A stretch of DNA of 64,000 bases from an uncultured Actinomycetes bacterium (GCA_963704725.1 OY969934.1:2560001-2624000), one strand, 5' to 3'; counted from the first letter of the stretch, positions 28,945 through 38,150 are shown. Translations and numbers: made by a program. Notes: generated by a model from the letters alone, not told the origin.

Positions 28945-29022
28945 CCCTGCAATCGGGCTCCGCTTGACTCCCTATGTGGACCCCGGATGCCCGTGGCGTT
29001 CGCCAATGAATCCACGGCACCG

Positions 29023-29478
29023 TCAGCACAACACGTCGCCTCCCGACGGTGGCATGTAGGCGAATGACCCCAGAGGCTCCGGAATGGAATAGACAACGTT
29101 GTCAGCCTGGAATAGGCCCCGCGCCTTCGTAACGTATGCCCTGTTGTGCGTACACCCCTGCACGGTCTTGTTCCGAGTAACCTGAGTGACGTTGTACACG
29201 TTCCCGCTATCGACGCACGTCCCAATTTGTGTCCTGGAAGAGCCGTTCCAGTACGCCGCACAGACGATGACCCTAATCCAAGTGGGATAGCAGCCAGGTG
29301 TGATCACCTTCATCTGAGCTTTGAAGAGTGGGTTGCCGTTGCTGTTAAGTACTGGATGCCACATGTTCAGGCTCATGAAGCAATCCTGCGCCTTGGCCGG
29401 TGGCGGTGCGGTCACCGTCAAGGATGTGAGGAGCGCTGCGGACACCAACACGGTTGCGATCTTGGATGTGAGCTTCAT
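29023..29478 (-). CDS. Secreted hypothetical protein, 151 aa with 6 Cys
   Basis: SD GGAGG; Sec signal ending AKA|QD; GC markedly lower than the host genes. Confidence 0.75.
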   Translation of the reverse strand: MKLTSKIATVLVSAALLTSLTVTAPPPAKAQDCFMSLNMWHPVLNSNGNPLFKAQMKVITPGCYPTWIRVIVCAAYWNGSSRTQIGTCVDSGNVYNVTQVTRNKTVQGCTHNRAYVTKARGLFQADNVVYSIPEPLGSFAYMPPSGGDVLC

Positions 29479-29542
29479 GTTGGCCTCCTGCCCAAAGGCC
29501 GTGCGTCTCTAAGTCGGCGCCCGCATTAGTGCAACGGGCGAC

Positions 29543-29836
29543 CTACCCCGTGCTCCCCGGTGGGGGAAGAGGAACGTCTGGTGGATCGACTGATCCCGTA
29601 AGCATCGCGGGGGGCACGAGTACCTGCTCAGTACCATCAGGCGCGATACCGACCACCTGACCTGTCCAAGTCGCGCTCGATGAAACCTGAGGAGCGTCCA
29701 TTGCACGCGCGCCTGGCACCCCCCACAGGTACAGCACGATGGCGCCAACGGTCAGCGCCATGGCCACGTATCCACTGCGCCTAACCACCTGACACACCGG
29801 CCCTCGCCTCCTCACCCTTGCCCGAGACTGACCCAT
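29543..29836 (-). CDS. Small possibly exported hypothetical protein (start uncertain; alternative ATG at 29761)
   Basis: Hydrophobic stretch ending ARA| followed by a Pro-rich tail; same orientation as neighbours. Confidence 0.35.
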   Translation of the reverse strand: MGQSRARVRRRGPVCQVVRRSGYVAMALTVGAIVLYLWGVPGARAMDAPQVSSSATWTGQVVGIAPDGTEQVLVPPAMLTGSVDPPDVPLPPPGSTG

Positions 29837-29960
29837 CCCACCGGATCGTACCGCCTCGATTCCAGGCAGGCAGTCGGACGAAGGGTCTACTCAATCGTTC
29901 TGGAGGAGTCCCCAACGCGAGTTGGCTGCCGGGCACCTCCTCGCCCGGCGGGTGATCAGC

Positions 29961-32732
29961 TCATTCAGCGACGCGCATTACCTCGCCAAGGTCCACCGCA
30001 CGGGCGCGCCGGTTGGCGAAGGCGGCCCCGCTCCATGTCAGGAGGCCGGCGAGTGCGGCCGTCAAGACAAAGAGCGCTCCGGGGATGAGAAACAGCGGCT
30101 TGGGCGGGATGGTGGGGATCGGATCAAGCAGTGGAACGGTCACCCGAGCCGCGAGGATGGCGAGTCCTCCTCCAACGGCGAATCCGACGGCGATCATCCC
30201 CCCGAGCTCAATGGCGAGCGCCCTTCGATGCTGTCCGTGCTGCATCCCCATGCGTATTGACAGGGCGTAGGAGACGATCTGCGACCGTTGGCGTGCCTGC
30301 AGATACATGAGCATGCCCACGAACGTGAGCGCTGCAGCGATCAGCCCAAGAGCGTTGATGATCAGGAACGTGTCGATCGCTGCCGAGATCGCAGGGATGT
30401 CCTCTACCTCGGCGGCTGTCACGATGAGCGACGGGGCGACCTGCAACGTCGCGAGCGCCCGACGCACCGCGCCTGGTTCGCCCCGGATCCACAGCTCGGC
30501 CCCATGTCGTTGGAGCGGATTCAGGGGACTATCAAGCCGTTCCAGCAGACCTTGCTCGTCAACTACGACCAGCGGCCTCAGCGAGAACAACCCCGGAAAC
30601 GCCTTCGGCCGTGCCACCACCTCGACCGGAACCTCGGTCGTTCCGACCAGGATTTCGCTCACGTCGAGCTCCCCCGCGGCCGCCAGCACGACGGGCAGCG
30701 GACCACCCTCGCTCGGTACCCGCAGCTCCCGGACAAGGGTCTGGATTGGCTCGGCCGCAAACGCATCGTTCCAGTACGCGGCTTCCGCGAACGAGCCCGG
30801 GTCGACGGCGAGCAGGTCAAGGGTCCGACCGGACGGCAATCGGGCTCCCTCCCCCACCTGCACCACACGCGTGACCGGGAAGGGGAAGTCCGGCGGCGCC
30901 TGTGAGATGTAGTCGATGCTCGCCGCGACGTCGCTGCCGACGAAGACCCTCGCCTTCGCGGTGACCGTGGTCTCCAACGACGTGGCAACCGCCTGGGCGT
31001 GGAGGAACAGCCCAAGGCAAAGCCCCGCCGCCCCGATCAAGGCGATGACCAGCGTGCCACCCGTGGCGAGCCGTCGCGCCGCCAGGTAGATGCTCGGTGA
31101 GGCGCGGCTGGTCGGCCGACGCAGCAGCCCGAAGATGAGATGGGCAAGGCGCCCGCCCAGAAAGGCAAACCCCGCAAGCAGCAGCGAGGGGAACGCAACA
31201 AGCGCGAGGCTCGGTCGCGAGACTCCGAGCGCCGGATCGGTGAAGAACGCCCCCTCATGGTCCAGCCTTCGCAACGCGATGTAGCTCAGCCACACCACCA
31301 CGAGCTCGACAGGCACGGCCGCGACCAACCGCGCGAACCGGCGATCATGCGGGCTGACGATGCGGACGAAGGCGACCTCGGCCACGATGGAGGTCAGCAG
31401 GATGGAGCCAACGAGGGCGACTGCCGACCGAGCGGCGGCATCCGCGTAAGCCGCACGGTCGACTGACCCGCCCGGTCCAAGGAGGGTGACCACGACCACC
31501 GCGAGCAGCAGTCCGAGCACGCCGCCCGTGATGGACGGGAGCACGGACTCCAACGCGTTCCTCGCCCCCACGCGGGCCGGGGAGGTACCTCGAGCAAACA
31601 GCCAGGCGGCCTCGACACGTCGTGTACGCATGCCGAAGGCACCTGCGGCGGCAACGACCACCAGGGCGACAGCCAACGCCGCAAGCTCCAGCACTTGGGC
31701 CGGACCTTGGATCGTCGCGATTCGGCGTTCCGCCTCCTCGACGACTTCGTGGATCAAGGAGCCGAACGTTGTTTCTGCATCCTCGACCGGTGGCCCCCAC
31801 CGACCGCAACAGCCCAAGATGCGGCCGATGGGCGTCTCTCCGAACGAGAACGTCCCGACCTGGGCCTGGTAGGCGTCGAGCGAGCGGACGTCCTCCAATG
31901 TGACGCCTGTTGGAGCCGCGACCGGTGCCTGCCATGAGAACGTGGCCGACGACCCTCCCAGTTCGCGCGTGAGTTCGATGACCTGATCGAAGTCGGCGAG
32001 GATGGGCTGGGCCGGGGGTGACGATCCCAGGCTCACCAGCCGGAACTCGTCCTGCCACTGGAGCCAGTAGCCGCCGGGCGGCCAGGCGAAGTAGATGTCG
32101 CGATACACGCCGTCGACCCGCACATTGATCTCGGACGCGCGAGCGCCGTCCCCGCTCAGGAGATGGACTTCATCACCAGGCCTGACCCCGAGCTCGTTTG
32201 CGATCAGCTCAGGAAGCCAGACGCCGTCGCCGTCGACCCCGGAGAGGCGCTCGACATGAGCGAGCACGCCGGGCGATGCGAACAACCGGCCCGCCTGTGT
32301 TCCCGCTCGTCCCTCGAACGACAGGGCGACAGGGTCACCCAGCACTGCAGCGAGCGGGCCTCCCAGTACAGGACTTCCCGAAGCAAGCCGGCCGAAGGCG
32401 TCGTTCAACTCGCGGACTGCGGGCGTTTGAAGCCCGTCATTCACACGAACCGGATCGAGCGGAAGGCTCTTGAACGTGTAGGTCAGGCCGGCCAGGTACC
32501 GCGTGATGTTCGGCCGATCGATCGCTCCCCTGATCAGATCGCTGGAGGTCGCCGACAAGAACAGCGGGTAAGCCGCCGCCGCCAGCACAAGGAGTAGCGC
32601 CCCCGCCACAGCGGCGGCAAACAGCGCTGGATACCTAAGCTGCACGAACGGGGCCCGCCGCCAGATCGCACCCTTCCGGCGAGGCGGACGCCGGACGCGG
32701 GCCTGCGAACGGGCGGCTGCGGCCCCGCTCAC
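29961..32732 (-). CDS. Large FtsX/MacB-like ABC transporter permease (923 aa), no cognate ATPase adjacent
   Basis: TM-large extracellular domain-TM cluster repeated twice; RRVEAAWLFARG and ALSIRMGM...LAIE FtsX-like loops. Confidence 0.8.
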   Translation of the reverse strand: MSGAAAARSQARVRRPPRRKGAIWRRAPFVQLRYPALFAAAVAGALLLVLAAAAYPLFLSATSSDLIRGAIDRPNITRYLAGLTYTFKSLPLDPVRVNDGLQTPAVRELNDAFGRLASGSPVLGGPLAAVLGDPVALSFEGRAGTQAGRLFASPGVLAHVERLSGVDGDGVWLPELIANELGVRPGDEVHLLSGDGARASEINVRVDGVYRDIYFAWPPGGYWLQWQDEFRLVSLGSSPPAQPILADFDQVIELTRELGGSSATFSWQAPVAAPTGVTLEDVRSLDAYQAQVGTFSFGETPIGRILGCCGRWGPPVEDAETTFGSLIHEVVEEAERRIATIQGPAQVLELAALAVALVVVAAAGAFGMRTRRVEAAWLFARGTSPARVGARNALESVLPSITGGVLGLLLAVVVVTLLGPGGSVDRAAYADAAARSAVALVGSILLTSIVAEVAFVRIVSPHDRRFARLVAAVPVELVVVWLSYIALRRLDHEGAFFTDPALGVSRPSLALVAFPSLLLAGFAFLGGRLAHLIFGLLRRPTSRASPSIYLAARRLATGGTLVIALIGAAGLCLGLFLHAQAVATSLETTVTAKARVFVGSDVAASIDYISQAPPDFPFPVTRVVQVGEGARLPSGRTLDLLAVDPGSFAEAAYWNDAFAAEPIQTLVRELRVPSEGGPLPVVLAAAGELDVSEILVGTTEVPVEVVARPKAFPGLFSLRPLVVVDEQGLLERLDSPLNPLQRHGAELWIRGEPGAVRRALATLQVAPSLIVTAAEVEDIPAISAAIDTFLIINALGLIAAALTFVGMLMYLQARQRSQIVSYALSIRMGMQHGQHRRALAIELGGMIAVGFAVGGGLAILAARVTVPLLDPIPTIPPKPLFLIPGALFVLTAALAGLLTWSGAAFANRRARAVDLGEVMRVAE

Positions 32733-32955
32733 TGCAGCCGATCTCTCAAAGGGCTATGAAGGCCAGTCCCAGGGTACTGACACGTACCCCTTCGATGGCC
32801 GACGTGTGTCGGTTCTCGGCACAGGCCACCTGAGGTCAGGTCGCGCCGAGGCCCCCCAACTCGGCGCGGAGACACGCCCCAGGCGGACAGCCACGTCAGG
32901 CCGACCCCGTGGACCCTGGCCACCACGAAGTCCAAGAGGGCCACTCGTGGGCTGA

Positions 32956-33207
32956 TCAGCAGGGGACCGTGAAACACTGCCCCACATTGGTGTTGCAGAT
33001 GCAGCCCGGATTACACCCCGTGCACGTGTATGCGACGGTGCCGCCAGAACAGCTCTTGCAGCTCGATCGGCAACACGTCGTGGCAGCCTGAGCGGGCACC
33101 GCCTGCGACAAGATGCCAAGTCCAGCCCCCACCGCCGCGATTCTCCCTGCGAGGCGAAGGAACCGCCTGCGACTTGGTGACGCGACGCCATCGTCATCTG
33201 CGGCCAC
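32956..33207 (-). CDS. Tat-exported cysteine-rich miniprotein precursor (83 aa; 42-aa mature part with 10 Cys)
   Basis: SD GGAGG 8 nt before GTG 33207; SRRRFL Tat motif, hydrophobic region, AQA| cleavage site; mature ATTCCRSSCKSCSGGTVAYTCTGCNPGCICNTNVGQCFTVPC. Confidence 0.85.
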   Translation of the reverse strand: MAADDDGVASPSRRRFLRLAGRIAAVGAGLGILSQAVPAQAATTCCRSSCKSCSGGTVAYTCTGCNPGCICNTNVGQCFTVPC

Positions 33208-33233
33208 GATCGACACCTCCCTTCCTGCTCCGA

Positions 33234-33833
33234 TCACGTGAGGGCCCGCACGTCGTCGCCTCCGATCTTCACCTCCTCTCCGAAGGCCACACCGACAAGC
33301 CGGGCCAGTTCCGACACGGTGTTCGGGAATCCCTTGCTGGCAACCATGCCCCCTCGATCAAAGACAAAGGCATGAGGTGTCGATGACGTCTCGAGGGCTC
33401 GTGAAACATCTCCGTCATCCTGATAGAGGACTACGGCGCCCGTCCGCTGGAGCAGCGCTTCGTCTGTTTCGGCAAGATGGCCCTCTGAAACGACAAACGT
33501 GGAGATGGGGAGACCATCCGCGTCGGTTGACTGGATCTCCCCGATGAGCTGTTTGCACGGCCCGCAGGAGGGATCAACAAGCAAGAGAACGCCGCGCTGC
33601 GCTAGCATTCTTGAACTCTCGAAACGCCTTCCCTGCCGGTCGCGGACGCTGAACCTCGCAATTCGGCTCCCAACGGATATGCCACCAGCTGCGGATGCGG
33701 CGCTGCCTTTGATGAGCCTCTCTGCCGCCTCAAGAAGCTGAACGCTCCGGCGGAGGACGCCCGCAGTGACGAAGGCGTTCAGGCAAGTGACCAGCGCAAG
33801 GAGTGCGAACGCGACGATCCACGGCCAACTCAT
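33234..33833 (-). CDS. Membrane-anchored thioredoxin-like protein (MauD/TlpA-like)
   Basis: N-terminal TM, G(I)SVGSRIARFSVRD, VDPSCGPCKQL (CXXC) and cis-Pro loop STPHAFVFD; ATGA-coupled to the mauE-like gene. Confidence 0.85.
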   Translation of the reverse strand: MSWPWIVAFALLALVTCLNAFVTAGVLRRSVQLLEAAERLIKGSAASAAGGISVGSRIARFSVRDRQGRRFESSRMLAQRGVLLLVDPSCGPCKQLIGEIQSTDADGLPISTFVVSEGHLAETDEALLQRTGAVVLYQDDGDVSRALETSSTPHAFVFDRGGMVASKGFPNTVSELARLVGVAFGEEVKIGGDDVRALT

Positions 33834-34414
33834 GACGCCTCCAATCCCTGCGAACTCCTGGCCCGGCGGTGGGCGCTCAAGAACGCGCCGGTCGCCAAGG
33901 CGAGCCGCCACAGGCAGATCGTCAAGAGTCCGGACAGAGCGACGCCCAGGAAGTCGGTGCCGGGAAGAGCCTCCCCGGCTGGACTCCGAAGTGGGGCCCA
34001 AAGCCCCACGTCGTTACGGGTGGCGAACACGGCAATCGCCGCAGCAAGTGCAATCAAGCCGAGGTTTCGACTGACGGTCCACCAGCTGATCAACCTTGAA
34101 GAATCACCGAAGCAGCCGCAGGGAACCCTCTCGCCCCGACGGAGGACGATCACGACCGCACCCGTGAAGCCCAGGAGAATAGTCGTGGTCAGCACCGCCA
34201 CCCATGGGACCGCGGCCCCCAGCAGCAGTCCGAAGCCCAGGAAGACTTCGGAAGCCGCGACGGCGAGCGCTACCCCGGGAACGACTCTGGCCGGGACGAG
34301 CCGATATCGCCAGACCGCCTCGCGGTACGAGGCGCGGTCCAGCAGCTTGATGGCGCCCCCGGCCACCAGGAGGCCGCCGAGGACCAAACGACCTGCGAGC
34401 AGGAAGCCTTGCAT
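33830..34414 (-). CDS. MauE/DoxX-family redox membrane protein
   Basis: RLVLGGLLVAGGAIKL...YRLVP...E...VPCGCFG...RNL pattern; 4-5 TM helices. Confidence 0.88.
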   Translation of the reverse strand: MQGFLLAGRLVLGGLLVAGGAIKLLDRASYREAVWRYRLVPARVVPGVALAVAASEVFLGFGLLLGAAVPWVAVLTTTILLGFTGAVVIVLRRGERVPCGCFGDSSRLISWWTVSRNLGLIALAAAIAVFATRNDVGLWAPLRSPAGEALPGTDFLGVALSGLLTICLWRLALATGAFLSAHRRARSSQGLEAS

Positions 34415-35344
34415 GCTCCCCCACCGCGACGTACGAAGTGCCGATGAGGGTTGCACACCTGAGCATCGAGGCGCAACCCACTCATTCGACCTACGTCGGG
34501 CCCAGGCCGCCCGCCTGAGCAAGACCCGGCACCCTCCGGGTTAGGCAGTCGGCTCTGTCTCCACAGAATCTCCCCCTTGTCCCCGCCCGGCGACACGCCT
34601 CCTCGTCGACTCGCCGTGCTGCCGGTCCGAACAATCCGGTTAAGGGCCACGGTCCCCACCCCAGTCCCCCCGCGCTTGCCGAGACTCCACGATTTCTCAC
34701 CCCCTCGAGAGACGGTCCTCGCCTTAGCTCCAGGCACGAAGGGGGACTCGATGGGGAGTGAATGGGGAGTCGGACCCGACAACATCGGCTCGACAACCGA
34801 AGAGGTCTCGGCGATCCACTGGTTCGCCGCGAGCAGGCTCCGAAGGCGACGGCACGCTCGCCACCGGCGGTCGGTTCGGGCAGATGAGCGGAGATGCGCG
34901 GCAGCACCGGCGCGACGGTCAGGGACGCGAGCCGGACGAGCGAGCATACGGCCCCGAACCCGGGCACCTCATGGCGAGGCGCGCTCGAAGAAGACGGAGG
35001 CCGGACGAACGCTCGGACGGCGAGCGGACGGACCGGAGCACCCGGTGGGCCCGTGGAGGTCCGCGGAGTGATGCCCGCGCCGGATGCCGAACGGCGAGCT
35101 CGGCCGGCGGCTGAGGAAGCGTGCACGGCGGCGATGAAGGAGGTGAGCACGGGCACGAACTGGAGATCCGTCGACCTGACGGTGAGTGCGCTTGCGCCCT
35201 GGCGCGGCGTCGCGCTTCCCCATAGCCGTGGAAACGGCGCGTGGGCGGCGCGACGGCGCCGGGTGCGGGAGCGCAAAAGGCCAGGTCACGGGGCCTCTTT
35301 GCCGAAGGCCACCCACCGAAGGAGGGGGGAGCTGTGCCCAGAAT

Positions 35345-36331
35345 ATGGTTCGAGCAGAACGAAACGACCTTCACCGCGTGGTCTCGCTCGATGAACGAGA
35401 CCACGCGATCTTCCTCAGCCTGCTCGAGCACAAGGTCCTCACCACCTACCAGATCAAGAACCTCTACTTCCGCTCCTTCAGACGAGCCCAGCACCGGATG
35501 AAGGAACTGAGAGATCTTGATCTGGTCTCATCGTTTCAGGTGGGGAGGGGTTTCGGGGAGGGGAGGCCGCCAGCGTGCTGGTACCTCACCAAGCCCGGCC
35601 TCGTCGAGATCGCCGACGCCAAGGACGTCCGGGTCTCCGACCTGCCCTGGGTCCCCGATCACAGCTACCGGACGAACAAGATCCTTGCCCACCGCCTCGG
35701 GGTCAACGCGTTCTTCTGCGCCCTCGCCGAGGCCTCCAGAGCCCACGAGGGTCACTGTCTCGTCACCTGGCGGCCCGAACACTGGGTCCGCACCAGGGCC
35801 GCGGAGGTCAAGCCGGACGGGTTCGGGCGGTACCTGCACCCGGGCGGCGCTTGCGAGTTCTACCTGGAGTACGACCGGGGCACCGAGGCGTTCGGCGCGC
35901 TGTCGCGAAAGCTCGCGGGCTACCTCCGGCTCGCGGCGGGGTGGACGAAGGAGCAGGAGCTTCCGGGCCTTCCGAACCTCCTCATCATCGTCCCGGAGGG
36001 GGTGCGCGAGGGGGAGGTCGGCTCGGCCTTCCGTCACGCCACCGGGAGCCTGCACGTCTCGGGCCCGCTCGCGACCTCGTTCCCGCTGTACGTGGCGAGC
36101 GAGGACGTCCTCACTGAGCTCGGCGTGCTCGGGGCCGTGTGGAAGCACCTGCCCACCGACGGCGATCGCCTCTTGCTCCTCGACCTGCCGGCCCAGCCCC
36201 GCGACCTCCACCAGTCCGCTCGATGCCTCGGCCGGCACTTCACAGACGCTGACGCCGGCCAGCGTCGTCGGATCTCCCCTGTCTCGACCACACCCCGATT
36301 CCGCGCCCTGCCGCCCCGACATGCCCCTTGA
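35345..36331 (+). CDS. Replication-relaxation family protein (Replic_Relax)
   Basis: N-terminal wHTH (LDERDHAIF...HKVLTTYQI...YF), LAHRLGVNAFF, VKPDGFG, FYLEYDRGTE, KLAGY. Confidence 0.85.
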   Translation: MVRAERNDLHRVVSLDERDHAIFLSLLEHKVLTTYQIKNLYFRSFRRAQHRMKELRDLDLVSSFQVGRGFGEGRPPACWYLTKPGLVEIADAKDVRVSDLPWVPDHSYRTNKILAHRLGVNAFFCALAEASRAHEGHCLVTWRPEHWVRTRAAEVKPDGFGRYLHPGGACEFYLEYDRGTEAFGALSRKLAGYLRLAAGWTKEQELPGLPNLLIIVPEGVREGEVGSAFRHATGSLHVSGPLATSFPLYVASEDVLTELGVLGAVWKHLPTDGDRLLLLDLPAQPRDLHQSARCLGRHFTDADAGQRRRISPVSTTPRFRALPPRHAP

Positions 36332-36573
36332 CCCCGCGCCGCGCGAATGCGCGCGGGCTCGAGGACGACCACGATCGCCGTCGCGACGGGATCACCCCGG
36401 CATCGGCCGACGAGCACGACGCCCCGGGAGCGACACCTGCCCGGACTACGCTTGCGCGTTCGGCGACGGGACGGCCGGAGCCACCCAAGCCAGGAGCTCT
36501 TCGACCCTTGGCCCGAGCCCTGGTCGACCTGGCACTGGCACTGGATCACGAGAACGAGGAGGACGAGCGATGA
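36328..36573 (+). CDS. Small hypothetical protein coupled to the recombinase (start uncertain)
   Basis: TTGA overlap with the relaxase stop and ATGA overlap with the recombinase start; helical C-terminus ALRPLARALVDLALAL. Confidence 0.5.
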   Translation: MTPRRANARGLEDDHDRRRDGITPASADEHDAPGATPARTTLARSATGRPEPPKPGALRPLARALVDLALALDHENEEDER

Positions 36574-38150
36574 ACGCGGTGATCTACCTCCGGGTCTCGA
36601 CCAAGGAGCAGGCCTCCAACGACGAGGCCGGCGAGGGGTACTCGATCCCGGCCCAGCGGGAGGGGTGCCTTCGCCACATCGCCGAGCGAGGGTGGAGCCT
36701 CGCCGGGGAGTTCACCGACGCCGGCGAGTCGGCCCGCACCGCCGACCGTCCGCAGCTGAAGGCCATGCTCCGCCGAGTGGCCGAGGGCGGGATCGGAGCC
36801 GTCGTCGTCCACAAGATCGATCGGCTGGCCCGCTCGATGGAGGACCACGTGGCCATCAGGGCGGCGCTGCGTCACGCGGGGGTCCAGCTGGTGTCCGTGA
36901 CCGAGAACATCGAGGAGACGGCCTCTGGGCGCCTCGTGGAGGGCATCCACGCGCTCATGGCCGAGTTCTACTCGGCCAACCTGGCCGGTGAGATCCGAAA
37001 GGGCATGACCCAGAAGGCCAAGATGGGCGGCTGGCCTACCAAGGCACCGATCGGCTACCTGAACGTCCGGGAGAAGACGGCCGGCAAGGACATCGCCAAG
37101 GTGATCCTCGACCCCGAGCGAGCCCTGCTCGTCCGAGAGACGTTCCGGCTGTACGCCACAGGCGACTACTCGCTTCCCGAGCTGCAGGCGGTGATGCACT
37201 CCAAGGGGCTGACGTCCCCGTACGCGAGGAGGCCGGGCGCTCCGGTCTCGATCTCCAAGCTCGCCGAGCTCCTGGCGAACCCCTTCTACCTCGGGGTCGT
37301 GCAGTGGGGAGGCGCCCGGTATCCCGGCCAGCACAAGGCGCTCATCCCCCAGAGCCTGTTCGACCGGGTCCAGGAGACTCTGCGGGCTCGCGACGTCGCC
37401 GGGGTTCGCCAGCGGCGCCACGAGCACTACCTGAAGGGGCTGCTGCACTGCGGGGAGTGCGGGAGGCGCCTGTCGCTCACGCTCGCCAAGGGCAAGTACC
37501 TCTACTTCTACTGCCTGGGCCAGCGAGGGACCGCGCGCACCGGATGCCGCCAGCCGTACATCCTGGCCGGGGACGCAGAAGCGCTCGTGGAGGACCTGTA
37601 CGAGAGGATCCAGCTTCCGCCCTCCTGGGTGAGCCGGCTCACCGAGGAGCTGGAGGCCGAGATCGTCGAGCGGCAGGCCGAGGCCTCGGAACGCCGGGTC
37701 CTCCTCACGAAGACGCTCGCCAAGGCGGCCGATGAGCGCGGCAAGCTCCTGCAGGCTTTCTACGCGAACGCGATCCCGCTCGATCTGTTGAAGACGGAGC
37801 AGGACCGCATCGGCATCGCCGAACACGCCGCCAAGGACGAGCTCCAGTCGGCGGAGGGCGACCTCGAGGGCTGGCAGGACGTGCTGGGGACCGCCATCCG
37901 GCTCGCCGGTAACTGCCACGCTGCCTATCTGAAGGCGCGACCCTCGGTGCGACGACGCTTCAACGACGCCGTACTCGAGGCCGTCTACATCAAGGATCGC
38001 AAGATCGGCCGGGCGGAGTTCTCTGAGGTCTTCGCGCCTGTCTTCTCTCGGCCGAGTTCGAATAAGGCACTGAAAGTGGAGGCGGGGGGAATCGAACCCC
38101 CGTCCTCGGGCGTCCACTCGGGTCTTCTCCGGGCGCAGCCGGCGGGTTGA
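36570..38150 (+). CDS. Large serine recombinase (resolvase + recombinase + Zn ribbon); last 24 codons come from antisense tmRNA sequence
   Basis: AVIYLRVST catalytic Ser, VVHKIDRLAR, APIGY, LANPFYLG, LKGLLHCGECG, YFYC...C; ends SSNKALKV|EAGGIEPPSSG. Confidence 0.93.
   Translation: MNAVIYLRVSTKEQASNDEAGEGYSIPAQREGCLRHIAERGWSLAGEFTDAGESARTADRPQLKAMLRRVAEGGIGAVVVHKIDRLARSMEDHVAIRAALRHAGVQLVSVTENIEETASGRLVEGIHALMAEFYSANLAGEIRKGMTQKAKMGGWPTKAPIGYLNVREKTAGKDIAKVILDPERALLVRETFRLYATGDYSLPELQAVMHSKGLTSPYARRPGAPVSISKLAELLANPFYLGVVQWGGARYPGQHKALIPQSLFDRVQETLRARDVAGVRQRRHEHYLKGLLHCGECGRRLSLTLAKGKYLYFYCLGQRGTARTGCRQPYILAGDAEALVEDLYERIQLPPSWVSRLTEELEAEIVERQAEASERRVLLTKTLAKAADERGKLLQAFYANAIPLDLLKTEQDRIGIAEHAAKDELQSAEGDLEGWQDVLGTAIRLAGNCHAAYLKARPSVRRRFNDAVLEAVYIKDRKIGRAEFSEVFAPVFSRPSSNKALKVEAGGIEPPSSGVHSGLLRAQPAG

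Larger units (their letters stand above)
28264..38080. mobile_element. ~9.8 kb integrative (possibly mobilisable) element inserted at the tmRNA 3' end by a large serine recombinase
   Basis: TGGA at both junctions (28260-28263 and 38077-38080), 13-bp inverted arms on rejoining the ends, recombinase and replication-relaxation genes, visibly lower GC cargo. Confidence 0.82.

Noticed and set aside
32956-33207. Ranthipeptide, sactipeptide or lanthipeptide precursor
   Set aside because: No adjacent radical SAM, Lan or YcaO enzyme; the leader is a Tat signal; the only radical SAM gene is 26 kb away and linked to heme synthesis.
32956-34414. Methylamine dehydrogenase (mau) cluster
   Set aside because: No MauB or MauG, and the Tat peptide lacks Trp and is far shorter than MauA.
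34415-35344. ORFs, tiny SD-led peptides (MESRQARGDWGGDRGP) and the ATGGGGAGT tandem in the gap before the relaxase
   Set aside because: No recognisable domain or convincing structure; may be origin or promoter DNA, but no specific call can be supported.
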